Source: Escherichia coli (GTDB lineage Bacteria; Pseudomonadota; Gammaproteobacteria; Enterobacterales; Enterobacteriaceae). Taken from it: a DNA stretch of 64,000 nucleotides. Location of the stretch: the NCBI RefSeq assembly GCF_016026235.1, contig NZ_CP065613.1. One strand, 5' to 3'. A program made the translations under genes and the position numbers. This document shows, in pieces, positions 39,404 through 50,900 of the stretch; the first letter of the stretch is position 1, and each line of letters opens with the position of its first letter. Below the pieces are notes generated by a model that ran no database searches, was not told the origin of the DNA, and saw nothing but the letters and a program-made list of their open reading frames with translations.

Positions 39404-39857
39404 CTGCTTCCTCCTGTTTGGTGAGAGATGCCAGATAATCCACCAGTTGCTGCACGCTTTGCGGGTCGTGGCTGTTTAGCTCGAAAATCGGCTCTTCGAA
39501 GCCCGTCTCAAGCAATAACTTTCGCGTTGCGGCGACGTCAGCATCTGGCATGTCCGTTTTACTGATGACGGCGATTTGCCGTTTGCTGACGCCAATATCC
39601 AGCAACCCGGCAGGCAACCGACTTTCCGGGTCATTCGCGCCGTGGACATAGATCAGCATGTCCACATCCTGTAGCGTGGTAATTAAGGCGTGATACCAGC
39701 GGGGATGGCTAAAATATTCACCCGGCGTATCAATATCGCCCTTATCATTAAATTCCACGGCCTGTGTTTTTCTGGCGAGGGTATAATTCCCCTGCAACGC
39801 ATTAAATAACGTTGTTTTCCCTGCCCCGACGGTACCCACAAACGCAATTCGTTTCAT
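39378..39857 (-). CDS. eutP: Ethanolamine utilisation protein EutP (P-loop GTPase-like)
   Basis: 159-aa ORF MKRIAFVGTVGAGKTTLFNALQGNYTLARKTQAVEFND... Walker A GAGKTT. Confidence 0.94.
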   Translation of the reverse strand: MKRIAFVGTVGAGKTTLFNALQGNYTLARKTQAVEFNDKGDIDTPGEYFSHPRWYHALITTLQDVDMLIYVHGANDPESRLPAGLLDIGVSKRQIAVISKTDMPDADVAATRKLLLETGFEEPIFELNSHDPQSVQQLVDYLASLTKQEEAGEKTHHSE

Positions 39858-39869
39858 GAATGCCTCGTA

Positions 39870-40205
39870 TTAACTTTTGGTCATTTCACAAAGCGTATAA
39901 TTTAATAAGCGACCTAAACCGCTGACGGTTTGTGATAACGCTTCTTCTACTGCGCCCACCGAGCCATAAATCACCAATGCACCACTGAAGCGGTCGAGAA
40001 AACCGATATGCACATCAGCGGCTTTCAATGCTAAATCACCGGCGATCATCGCCGTTTCGCCAGGAGTTAGCGTCATAATGCCAATTGCGCCCGCATCCGG
40101 AACGCCGATTTTCTTCGCCAGTTCCTCGCCGGGATGCGCGATGAGATGCGCCAGCGTGACCTGTTTGCCGGGCACAAATTCCTGAATGATGCGTTCTTTA
40201 TCCAT
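39870..40205 (-). CDS. eutS: Microcompartment shell protein EutS
   Basis: ORF 39870..40277; start taken at [32 protein letters not shown] (111 aa). Confidence 0.93.
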
Positions 40206-40330
40206 GAGTCGCCGCCTGTGAAAAACTTTCGTGTATCGTGACAATTTTTCGTCAGAGTAAATAACAAAATTCGGCAAGCGCGTTTAAAAGGTGAGGTAGA
40301 TCACTAAGAATGGAGAGATATTTACTGTTA
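40206..40330 (-). promoter_or_regulatory. Main eut operon promoter region upstream of eutS (EutR-dependent in enterics)
   Basis: AT-rich non-coding sequence immediately 5' of eutS on the minus strand; positional. Confidence 0.3.
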
Positions 40331-40450
40331 TGAATAAACTTTCATATGCGACGCATGAATATAAATAAAATAATATCGAGATATTTTATATTGCTTTTTT
40401 TATTATTCGTAAACTCAGTAATAAGCTTTACTAATATATTGCAGCTGGAC

Positions 40451-40478
40451 CGCTTACCCTGAATATTCAGGGTAAGCG
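40451..40478 (-). terminator. Perfect 13-bp hairpin downstream of maeB (probable terminator, no clear U-tract)
   Basis: cgcttaccctgaa-ta-ttcagggtaagcg, 17 nt past the maeB stop. Confidence 0.4.
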
Positions 40479-40495
40479 TGAGAGTTAAAAAAGAA

Positions 40496-42775
40496 TTACA
40501 GCGGTTGGGTTTGCGCTTCAACCACGGCCAGCGCCACCATGTTGACGATACGACGCACCGATGCGATCGGCGTTAACACGTGAACCGGTTTCGCCACGCC
40601 CATCAGCACCGGACCGACAGTCACACCTTCTGAGCTGGAAACGCGCAGTAAGTTGTAACTAATGCGGGCAGCTTCCATGTTCGGCATCACCAGAATATTG
40701 GCAGAACCTTTCAAAGGGCTGTCCGGCATACGGTCGTTGCGAATCGCTTCCACCAGCGCTGCATCGCCGTGCATTTCACCATCAATCATCAGTTCTGGTG
40801 CACGTTCCCTGACCAGTTCCAGCGCCTGACGCATTTTGCTCGACGACGGGCAGTCAGAAGAACCAAAGTTGGAGTGCGACAACAAAGCAACGCGCGGCTC
40901 AATACCAAAACGACGGACAGTTTCTGCCGCCATCAAGGTGATCTCCGCCAGCTCTTCTGCGTCTGGTTCGTCATTGACGTAGGTATCGGCAATAAAGGTG
41001 TTACCACTCGGCAGCAGCAGCGCGTTCATTGCACCTGCGGTGTGAACGCCATCGCGATAACCAAAGACATTTTTCACCACGCTAAAATGTTCATGATAAT
41101 CACCCACCGTACCGCAGATCATTGCATCGGCTTCCCCACGCTGAACCATGATCGCGCCGATCACTGTCGGGTTACTGATCAGCGCCCGCTGCGCCTGTTC
41201 CTGAGTGACGCCGCGACGCTTCATGATCTGGAAGTATTCGGTCCAGTACTCTTTAAAGCGCGGATCGGATTCGTTATTGACGATCTCAAAATCAACGCCC
41301 GCTTTGATCTGCAAGCCCAGTTTCTGAATGCGCATTTCGATCACGTTCGGACGACCGATAAGGATCGGTTTCGCCAGTCCCAGCGTTACCAGTTCCTGAG
41401 TGGCATGCAGAACGCGCGCCTCTTCCCCTTCCGGCAGAACTACGCGCTTCGGCGCTTTGCGAGCCTGGGAGAAAATCGGCTTCATAAACAGGTTGGTTTT
41501 GTAAACGAACTCAGTCAGCTTGTCGATGTAGACGTCGAAATCAGCAATCGGACGCGTCGCCACGCCCGACTCCATCGCCGCTTTCGCGACCGCAGGAGCG
41601 ATCTTAACGATCAAGCGCGGATCAAACGGTTTTGGAATGATGTATTCCGGACCAAAGCTCAGATCCTGATCGCCATACGCTGAAGCCACCACTTCGCTCT
41701 GTTCCGCATGGGCCAGTTCTGCAATCGCGCGTACCGCCGCCAGTTTCATCTCTTCGTTGATGGCGGTTGCGCCAACGTCCAGCGCGCCACGGAAGATGAA
41801 CGGGAAGCAAAGGACGTTGTTGACCTGGTTTGGATAGTCAGAACGACCGGTGCAGATGATGGCATCCGGACGCACTTCTTTCGCCAGCGGCGGCAGAATT
41901 TCCGGTTCCGGGTTCGCCAGCGCCAGGATCATTGGTGCCCGAGCCATTTTCTTCACCATTTCCTGGGTCAGCACTTTCGGGCCGGAACAGCCGAGGAAAA
42001 TATCTGCGCCTTCAATCACATCATCGAGGGTACGTTTGCCGTCATCCACTACCGCATATGCGGCTTTGGTTTCCGCCATGTTTGGCTCACGGCCTTGATA
42101 GATAACGCCTTTTGAATCGCAAACCACGATGTTATGTTTTTGCAGACCCAGCGCTACCAGCAGGTTCATACAGGCGATTGCTGCAGCACCCGCGCCGGAA
42201 ACCACCATACGCACATCAGAGATGTTTTTCTCCACCACGCGCAAGCCGTTGAGGATGGCGGCAGTGCTGATAATTGCCGTGCCGTGCTGATCGTCGTGGA
42301 ATACCGGAATATTCATCCGCTCGCGCAGTTTCTGTTCAATATAGAAACATTCTGGCGCTTTAATGTCTTCGAGGTTGATGCCGCCGAAGGTCGGTTCGAG
42401 CGCAGCGACGACTTCAATAAATTTGTCCGGGTCGAGTTCATCAACTTCAATGTCAAATACATCAATTCCGGCGAATTTCTTAAACAGAACGCCCTTGCCT
42501 TCCATCACCGGTTTGCCCGCCAGCGCGCCAATGTTGCCTAACCCCAGCACCGCCGTACCGTTAGAGATCACCGCCACCAGGTTACCGCGCGCGGTATATT
42601 TGTAGGCTTTTAACGGGTCTTTTTCGATTTCAAGACAAGGTGCGGCAACGCCTGGTGAGTAGGCCAGCGCCAGATCGCGCTGCGTTGCCAGAGGCTTGGT
42701 TGGAGAAACCTGGATTTTCCCTGGAACTGGAAATTCATGGAAATCAAGTGCACTTTGTTTTAACTGGTCATCCAT
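40496..42775 (-). CDS. maeB: NADP-dependent malic enzyme (malic enzyme plus PTA-like domain)
   Basis: 759-aa [50 protein letters not shown]... Confidence 0.97.
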   Translation of the reverse strand: MDDQLKQSALDFHEFPVPGKIQVSPTKPLATQRDLALAYSPGVAAPCLEIEKDPLKAYKYTARGNLVAVISNGTAVLGLGNIGALAGKPVMEGKGVLFKKFAGIDVFDIEVDELDPDKFIEVVAALEPTFGGINLEDIKAPECFYIEQKLRERMNIPVFHDDQHGTAIISTAAILNGLRVVEKNISDVRMVVSGAGAAAIACMNLLVALGLQKHNIVVCDSKGVIYQGREPNMAETKAAYAVVDDGKRTLDDVIEGADIFLGCSGPKVLTQEMVKKMARAPMILALANPEPEILPPLAKEVRPDAIICTGRSDYPNQVNNVLCFPFIFRGALDVGATAINEEMKLAAVRAIAELAHAEQSEVVASAYGDQDLSFGPEYIIPKPFDPRLIVKIAPAVAKAAMESGVATRPIADFDVYIDKLTEFVYKTNLFMKPIFSQARKAPKRVVLPEGEEARVLHATQELVTLGLAKPILIGRPNVIEMRIQKLGLQIKAGVDFEIVNNESDPRFKEYWTEYFQIMKRRGVTQEQAQRALISNPTVIGAIMVQRGEADAMICGTVGDYHEHFSVVKNVFGYRDGVHTAGAMNALLLPSGNTFIADTYVNDEPDAEELAEITLMAAETVRRFGIEPRVALLSHSNFGSSDCPSSSKMRQALELVRERAPELMIDGEMHGDAALVEAIRNDRMPDSPLKGSANILVMPNMEAARISYNLLRVSSSEGVTVGPVLMGVAKPVHVLTPIASVRRIVNMVALAVVEAQTQPL

Positions 42776-43063
42776 TTGGTTGTTCCTTTCACGTAACGTT
42801 CACAAATAAAGTGTGTGGGCAACAGCCCCTGCCCACAACGTGGCGCACATTATTACCTTGCCGGAGTCTACAGACTTTGAGCAAGTCCAAACTCTCACCA
42901 TTAATATAATGTTTTGGTAATAATCCTATAACACTGATGTTACCTGCTTAATCCAGCAATACCATGCCTGTCTGCTATGCTTTTTTGATGCGTTTAGCGA
43001 AATTTCTCAGAAGTGTGAATTAACGCACTCATCTAACACTTTACTTTTCAAGGAGTATTTCCT

Positions 43064-44014
43064 ATGAACGAGTTAGACGGCATCAAACAGTTCACCACTG
43101 TCGTGGCAGACAGCGGCGATATTGAGTCCATTCGCCATTATCATCCCCAGGATGCCACCACCAATCCTTCGCTGTTACTCAAGGCTGCCGGATTATCACA
43201 ATATGAGCATTTAATAGACGATGCTATCGCCTGGGGTAAAAAAAATGGCAAGACCCAGGAACAACAGGTGGTCGCAGCGTGTGACAAACTGGCGGTCAAT
43301 TTCGGTGCTGAAATCCTCAAAATCGTACCCGGTCGCGTGTCAACAGAAGTTGATGCACGCCTCTCTTTTGATAAAGAAAAGAGTATTGAGAAGGCGCGCC
43401 ATCTGGTGGACTTGTATCAGCAACAAGGCGTTGAGAAATCACGCATTCTGATCAAGCTGGCTTCGACCTGGGAAGGAATTCGCGCGGCAGAAGAGCTGGA
43501 AAAAGAAGGTATTAACTGCAACCTGACGCTGCTGTTTTCTTTTGCACAGGCACGGGCCTGTGCGGAAGCAGGCGTTTTTCTGATTTCGCCGTTTGTCGGG
43601 CGTATTTATGACTGGTATCAGGCACGCAAACCGATGGACCCGTATGTGGTGGAAGAAGATCCGGGCGTTAAATCGGTGCGCAATATCTACGACTACTATA
43701 AGCAACACCACTATGAAACCATTGTGATGGGCGCGAGCTTCCGTCGCACCGAACAAATCCTCGCCTTAACCGGCTGCGATCGACTGACTATCGCACCGAA
43801 TTTGCTGAAGGAGGTGCAGGAAAAAGTTTCGCCAGTGGTACGTAAATTAATCCCACCTTCTCAGACGTTCCCACGCCCAGCTCCCATGAGCGAAGCGGAG
43901 TTCCGTTGGGAGCACAATCAGGATGCGATGGCGGTAGAAAAACTGTCTGAAGGCATTCGTCTGTTCGCCGTTGATCAACGCAAACTGGAAGATCTTCTTG
44001 CCGCCAAACTATAA
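43064..44014 (+). CDS. talA: Transaldolase A
   Basis: 316-aa [46 protein letters not shown]... Confidence 0.96.
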   Translation: MNELDGIKQFTTVVADSGDIESIRHYHPQDATTNPSLLLKAAGLSQYEHLIDDAIAWGKKNGKTQEQQVVAACDKLAVNFGAEILKIVPGRVSTEVDARLSFDKEKSIEKARHLVDLYQQQGVEKSRILIKLASTWEGIRAAEELEKEGINCNLTLLFSFAQARACAEAGVFLISPFVGRIYDWYQARKPMDPYVVEEDPGVKSVRNIYDYYKQHHYETIVMGASFRRTEQILALTGCDRLTIAPNLLKEVQEKVSPVVRKLIPPSQTFPRPAPMSEAEFRWEHNQDAMAVEKLSEGIRLFAVDQRKLEDLLAAKL

Positions 44015-45131
44015 ACCAGCCACGGAGTGTTATATGTCCCGAAAAGACCTTGCCAATGCGATTCGCGCACTCAGTATGGATGCGGTACAAAAAGCCAATT
44101 CTGGTCATCCCGGCGCGCCGATGGGCATGGCTGATATTGCCGAAGTGCTGTGGAACGATTTTCTTAAACATAACCCTACCGACCCAACCTGGTATGATCG
44201 CGACCGCTTTATTCTTTCCAACGGTCACGCGTCGATGCTGCTCTACAGTTTGCTACATCTGACCGGTTACGACCTGCCGCTGGAAGAACTGAAGAACTTC
44301 CGTCAGTTGCATTCGAAAACCCCTGGCCACCCGGAAATCGGCTATACGCCCGGTGTTGAAACCACCACCGGTCCACTTGGACAAGGTTTGGCGAACGCCG
44401 TCGGACTGGCGATAGCAGAGCGTACACTGGCGGCGCAGTTTAACCAGCCGGATCATGAAATTGTCGATCACTTCACCTATGTGTTTATGGGCGACGGCTG
44501 CCTGATGGAAGGTATTTCCCACGAAGTCTGTTCGCTGGCGGGCACGCTGGGACTGGGCAAGCTGATTGGTTTTTACGATCACAACGGTATTTCGATTGAT
44601 GGAGAAACCGAAGGCTGGTTTACCGACGATACGGCAAAACGTTTTGAAGCCTATCACTGGCATGTGATCCATGAAATCGACGGTCACGATCCGCAGGCGG
44701 TGAAGGAAGCGATCCTTGAAGCGCAAAGCGTGAAAGATAAGCCGTCGCTGATTATCTGCCGTACGGTGATTGGCTTTGGTTCGCCGAATAAAGCAGGTAA
44801 GGAAGAGGCGCACGGCGCACCACTGGGGGAAGAAGAAGTGGCGCTGGCACGGCAAAAACTGGGCTGGCACCATCCGCCATTTGAGATCCCTAAAGAGATT
44901 TATCACGCCTGGGATGCCCGCGAAAAAGGCGAAAAAGCGCAGCAGAGCTGGAATGAGAAGTTTGCCGCCTATAAAAAGGCTCATCCGCAACTGGCAGAAG
45001 AGTTTATCCGTCGGATGAGCGGTGGTTTACCGAAGGACTGGGAGAAAACGACTCAGAAATATATCAATGAGTTACAGGCAAATCCGGCGAAAATCGCTAC
45101 CCGTAAGGCTTCGCAAAATACGCTTAACGCT

Positions 45132-46649
45132 GATATGACTTTCCGTGTCAAACCGGAATCTCTAATTTTGACGATTTTCTTTTTAGGTTTAATTCCCTGA
45201 GGGCGACGTAGCAGTAAATCCGACGGTGAATCACGCTGATATTCGCGGGTTGGATACCGCATTACAGAGGTCCGTCATATGAGCCTGCCACTTTCTTACG
45301 TCGCGAATCAGCTTTGTTCCGCCGTCGCCAAGCGCTAACGTGGGTTACTCTTGTACCGGGCTACGTCGCCTTCAGGGAACTGGTTATTCTCATTTTTTAT
45401 TTGTGACATTGTGGTTGTTGTGCGACAGACATTGCTATTCGGCCCATATCCCAGATAAAACCCGCCAGCTCACGTGCAACAGCAACAATTGTAATATTGA
45501 CATTCTTTCCTTTGGCCTGAAGTTTTCGATACCTCTTACAAAGCCTGAGTTGAGCATCCCATGCTCTGTCAATGACGGGGCGGGGTAAATTTTCCTGCCT
45601 TTTTTGTATTGCCGGACTGATGCGTGCCGGATGACGGTAACTCCACGCTGCCTCGACCAATAGCTTTCTGGCATAGCTGTTTCCGGCTTTGGTAATGCTG
45701 CCCTGATGTCTGCTTCCACCCGATGAATATTCTGATGGCGTGATACCAAACCATGACATCAGTTGTCGTGGATGTTCAAAACGGGTCAGATCACCCAGTT
45801 CAGAAATTAATCCAACCGCAGTAATAAACTGAATCCCTCGCATGGCTTGCAGCGCCTCTACTACCGGATACAGCCTCCATTCGGTAACGGCCTCCTTCAG
45901 GGCGGATTCCAGCCGTTCACATTGTGCCTGCCGGTCTTCTATTGTACGACGGTGTTCGTCAAAAGCTAATTGTCGCCAGGGACTTTCGAATGAGTATTTG
46001 CTGAGCCAGCGTCGGTGTGCAGGGCCCCAATCTGCTCGCCCGACATAATGGACCCCATGAACCAGAAGAAACGATTTCAGACGTTGCCTTGCATGCCGTA
46101 AATCATCGCGGGCAGATGCCCATGCCCGGGCCAAATCCCGGAATGCCTCATCTTCAATGCCGGGTACGTAGACAGCAGAAAGATCTCCTGCACGCAGTGA
46201 ACGCACAAGTCTGATGGCATCACGGCGATCGGTTTTAACCCGCTCCCCCGGTTTTTTCGGGATAAGTGAGGGGGCGCAGACCATGCAGTCAAAACCGGAT
46301 TTCACCAGCCGACGATAAAGTCCATAACCACAGGGCCCCGCTTCATAAACGATACTGACCTGCGATGACTTTGACCTGAGACGTTTACAAAGATTCTGAA
46401 TATCAGTAGGTGATGTGCCAATTTTACCCATCAGTTCAACAGGTTCTGAATTGATAGCATAAGCGACAGTAATCGATTCTTTGTGAACATCTAACCCGAC
46501 GTACAATGTGTTATTGTTGTTCATGCTGGCCTCCGTGGTGGAAATACCGGGGTGTAGCAACAGCTCACCCATGCGGCTCTGACAACGATGTTAACCCGCG
46601 TTAAATATCCCACGTTGGCCAGCATCTGTCTCACGGAAAGTCATACTGC
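45132..46649 (-). mobile_element. IS110-family insertion sequence (IS1111-subgroup-like; ~1.52 kb) with 14-bp subterminal inverted repeats
   Basis: Insert between tktB halves; CT dinucleotide at both junctions (45130-45131 and 46650-46651), no longer duplication; perfect subterminal IRs tatgactttccgtg (45134-45147) and cacggaaagtcata (46632-46645); single DEDD-type transposase ORF; 265 bp non-coding 3' of tnp. Confidence 0.8.
45397..46524 (-). CDS. IS110-family (DEDD-type) transposase/recombinase
   Basis: ORF 45397..46572; start taken at MNNNNTLYVGLDVHKESITVAYA... (375 aa) with GGAGG 7 nt upstream; YVGLDVHK N-terminal motif typical of the IS110 family. Confidence 0.85.
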   Translation of the reverse strand: MNNNNTLYVGLDVHKESITVAYAINSEPVELMGKIGTSPTDIQNLCKRLRSKSSQVSIVYEAGPCGYGLYRRLVKSGFDCMVCAPSLIPKKPGERVKTDRRDAIRLVRSLRAGDLSAVYVPGIEDEAFRDLARAWASARDDLRHARQRLKSFLLVHGVHYVGRADWGPAHRRWLSKYSFESPWRQLAFDEHRRTIEDRQAQCERLESALKEAVTEWRLYPVVEALQAMRGIQFITAVGLISELGDLTRFEHPRQLMSWFGITPSEYSSGGSRHQGSITKAGNSYARKLLVEAAWSYRHPARISPAIQKRQENLPRPVIDRAWDAQLRLCKRYRKLQAKGKNVNITIVAVARELAGFIWDMGRIAMSVAQQPQCHK

Positions 46650-47597
46650 CTTACGGGCCGATGCTACCGGAGCTGCTCGGCGGTTCGGCGGATCTGGCTC
46701 CCAGCAACCTGACCATCTGGAAAGGTTCTGTTTCGCTGAAGGAAGATCCGGCGGGCAACTACATTCACTACGGGGTGCGTGAATTTGGCATGACCGCTAT
46801 CGCCAACGGCATTGCGCACCACGGCGGCTTTGTGCCGTATACCGCAACGTTCCTGATGTTTGTTGAATACGCCCGTAACGCCGCGCGGATGGCGGCACTG
46901 ATGAAAGCGCGGCAGATTATGGTTTATACCCACGACTCAATTGGTCTGGGCGAAGATGGTCCGACGCACCAGGCTGTTGAGCAACTGGCCAGCCTGCGCT
47001 TAACGCCAAATTTCAGCACCTGGCGACCGTGCGATCAGGTGGAAGCGGCGGTGGGCTGGAAGCTGGCGGTTGAGCGCCACAACGGACCGACGGCACTGAT
47101 TCTCTCCAGGCAGAATCTGGCCCAGGTGGAACGTACGCCGGATCAGGTTAAAGAGATTGCTCGTGGCGGTTATGTGCTGAAAGACAGCGGCGGTAAGCCA
47201 GATATTATTTTGATTGCCACCGGTTCAGAGATGGAAATCACCCTGCAAGCGGCAGAGAAATTAGCGGGAGAAGGTCGCAATGTTCGCGTAGTTTCCCTGC
47301 CCTCGACCGATATTTTCGACGCCCAGGATGAGGAATATCGGGAGTCGGTGTTGCCTTCTAACGTTGCGGCTCGCGTGGCGGTGGAAGCAGGTATTGCCGA
47401 TTACTGGTACAAGTATGTTGGTCTGAAAGGGGCAATTGTCGGGATGACGGGTTATGGGGAATCTGCTCCGGCGGATAAGCTGTTCCCGTTCTTTGGCTTT
47501 ACCGCCGAGAATATTGTGGCAAAAGCGCATAAGGTGCTGGGAGTGAAAGGTGCCTGATGGTGATCGCCGGATGCTGATTGCCGGATGCGACGCTGAC

Positions 47598-48505
<908 letters not shown>

Positions 48506-49088
48506 TCCAGGAGATGCTCCTGCATGGCTTTCAGATATGCATTTTCTGCGCGAAGATAACGCAGCTCATTCTTCATCTCTTCCGGCGTCATGTTTCCCTC
48601 GTTTTCATGGGTATCATTAGAACGGGTCATGCTTTTCTCCTTCCTGCGCCTGATAAAGGCCTCATTACCAGATTTGCGGTAGCCTTTTATCCAGTTTTTA
48701 ACCATGTTGTGGCTGGGAATGTTAAACCGGGCAGCTACCCGGGGTAGAGACTCAGAATGCCCGAGAGCATAAAGAACCACGCAAAGTTTATCTTCAGGAG
48801 AATAGCTACGCTTGTGTCTGCAATCCAGTGCCTGAGGACCGTGAAGAAGAAAAAGATTAATCCAGTGTGAGAGGCTGGTGTGAGAAAGTTGAAAGAGTTT
48901 TGCCGTAGAAATGATGCCTGCATGACCGGCCAGGTAATGATTTACAGCGGCAAGTTTTACTTCAAATGAATGTTTCATAAACTGCACCTTCAGATGTCAG
49001 ATTATGTCCAACATTTGGGGTGCAGTTCATGACGCGTCTTATCCGGCCTACAGCGTCTTAACCGGTCTACATGTCCCCGCTATTTTGT

Positions 49089-50132
49089 TTAACGGGTGAT
49101 CCACAACGTGGGCCAGGCGTCTGGCCCATGCCAGTTATCGCAGGTGGGTTCTGCGGCGTAACGCACCAGGCGAAAACGCTGACCGTCAAAGCGCCAGCGC
49201 GCCTGAATGCCACAATCGCTTAATCCGCGCCCTTTCGCTAAGGTCACCAGCTCACGCGATTTCTCATCAAATGTTGCGTTCATCAGTTCCAGTTCATTCG
49301 TCTCCTGACCGTTGTTGAACGGCAAACGCAACCGAACCGGGCGCGAGGCCAGCGGCTTTTTACGCGACACAATCCATGCCAAATCAATGGTGTTATAGGC
49401 CCCTGCCTCACAGCTAATCATCATCAGCGCTTTATCATCAGTCAGCGCAGTGACATTCACCTCACGACGCAATGGATCAAGCGAGCAGCGCAGACCATTC
49501 ATCCGCCAGTTTCCATAATCCAGCAAATCGTTGCGTTCTTCGAGTGAGAGTGGCGTCGGCGTTGGGTTAACCACCGCGACCTCTTTCAGCGCAGGCGCGG
49601 GCGGTACGCTGAGCGGCGGTTCGTCCCCTTTCTTTATCCACGCGGTTTCACTGCCAACGCGCTTTTGCTGAGCATCAATAAACAACAACGCCGCTTTTAA
49701 GCCACTCAGAGAAATGGTCTGATTGCCGTCGCGTAAGGTGATCGCCTTCCCTTCCTGAATCATCTGCAAAAACGCGGTGATGGTTGCCGTATCATCGGTT
49801 ACTAATAACCATGGTGAAATCCGCCACTTGTCACCACTTAACGCCAACGGCTCACCATCTAACAGCAGCCGTGGCGCTATCTCCCCTTCAGACGCATCCG
49901 GCGATTTCAACCCGCCGCGCTCAATACGTAAAACGGCATCGGTATGCGCCCCGGCGCTGCGGCTCAGGGTCATCACCAGTCCATTATGATCGCCCGTATT
50001 GCGCGCCACGCAGAAGTTTTGGTTATTACAGGTGACCTGCCAGTCGGAAAACGCCCGTTGCGCTGGTGCCGCCCACACCAAAGACGTCGGCAACAAAGCG
50101 AAAAAAAAGAGAAGGAAAATGCGATAGCGCAT
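49089..50132 (-). CDS. ypfG: DUF1176 periplasmic protein YpfG
   Basis: 347-aa ORF MRYRIFLLFFFALLPTSLVWAAPAQRAFSDWQVTCNNQNFC... with signal peptide. Confidence 0.9.
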   Translation of the reverse strand: MRYRIFLLFFFALLPTSLVWAAPAQRAFSDWQVTCNNQNFCVARNTGDHNGLVMTLSRSAGAHTDAVLRIERGGLKSPDASEGEIAPRLLLDGEPLALSGDKWRISPWLLVTDDTATITAFLQMIQEGKAITLRDGNQTISLSGLKAALLFIDAQQKRVGSETAWIKKGDEPPLSVPPAPALKEVAVVNPTPTPLSLEERNDLLDYGNWRMNGLRCSLDPLRREVNVTALTDDKALMMISCEAGAYNTIDLAWIVSRKKPLASRPVRLRLPFNNGQETNELELMNATFDEKSRELVTLAKGRGLSDCGIQARWRFDGQRFRLVRYAAEPTCDNWHGPDAWPTLWITR

Positions 50133-50257
50133 GGACGGTACGACCCCAGAAGTTCAAACAAACAGCACAAGTCGTATCTTCGTTGCGCAGGTAGCGCGGC
50201 TCAATCGGATTTGTCGGATTGAGCCAACAATAAACAACGAAATATTATTGTTATTTT

Positions 50258-50833
50258 TCAGTCCATTAAATGTGACGTTTGCAAATAGTTAAGCAATAAC
50301 ACCGTCTTACCGTCACGTATCTTGCCGGTTTTGATCATCTCCAGCGCCTGGCTGAACGGCACCTCGAGCACTTCAATATCTTCATCTTCGACACCGCCAC
50401 CGGCGTTAGCGCGCTGATTGTCACTGTATTCGGCGATAAAAAAGTGGATTAGCTCAGTCACACCGCCTGGCGACATATACAGTTCAAATAATTTGCGCAC
50501 TTCGCCCACTTCATAGCCCGTCTCTTCAATCGCTTCTTTGCGAATGCACACTTCCGGTTCGTCGTTATCCAGCAGCCCGGCGCAGGTTTCAATCAGCTGC
50601 CCGCTTTCATTGCCATTAACCCAGGTAGCGACACGGAACTGACGAATCAGAACCACGGTCTTTTTCTTCGCGTTGTACAGGAGGATCGTCGCACCATTGC
50701 CGCGATCGTACACTTCACGTTTATGGCGGATAACTTCGCCATCTTTGCGCGTGAGATCGTAAGTAATGTTGTGCAGGGTGAAATAGTTATCGGAGAGAAT
50801 TTTGTCTTTAATGAGGGTGATTTGTTGCGTCAT
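50258..50833 (-). CDS. nudK: GDP-mannose pyrophosphatase NudK (Nudix)
   Basis: ORF 50258..50860; start taken at [27 protein letters not shown] (191 aa); Nudix box region. Confidence 0.92.
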   Translation of the reverse strand: MTQQITLIKDKILSDNYFTLHNITYDLTRKDGEVIRHKREVYDRGNGATILLYNAKKKTVVLIRQFRVATWVNGNESGQLIETCAGLLDNDEPEVCIRKEAIEETGYEVGEVRKLFELYMSPGGVTELIHFFIAEYSDNQRANAGGGVEDEDIEVLEVPFSQALEMIKTGKIRDGKTVLLLNYLQTSHLMD

Positions 50834-50900
50834 ACCGACTCCACAGCGCGAAATGAACAATTATCTTACGCTGTGAAGTCGGGTTTGTCTGCGCAGGCTA

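Larger units (their letters stand above)
44034..47557 (+). pseudogene. tktB: tktB (transketolase 2) interrupted by an IS110-family element; 5' part 44034-45131, 3' part 46650-47557
   Basis: N-terminal frame [27 protein letters not shown]... runs to ...[12 protein letters not shown], then reads 22 foreign codons into the insert and stops at 45200; downstream ORF 46661-47557 ([17 protein letters not shown]...KVLGVKGA) is the in-frame C-terminal part; junction splits codons N-A | Y-G-P. Confidence 0.9.

Noticed and set aside
40769-42541. Plus-strand ORFs (304 aa and 135 aa) antisense to maeB
   Set aside because: Mirror ORFs within the maeB coding region; maeB is a full-length match to NADP-malic enzyme.
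44253-44990. 245-aa minus-strand ORF antisense to tktB
   Set aside because: Lies entirely within the recognisable tktB N-terminal coding region on the opposite strand; no independent support.
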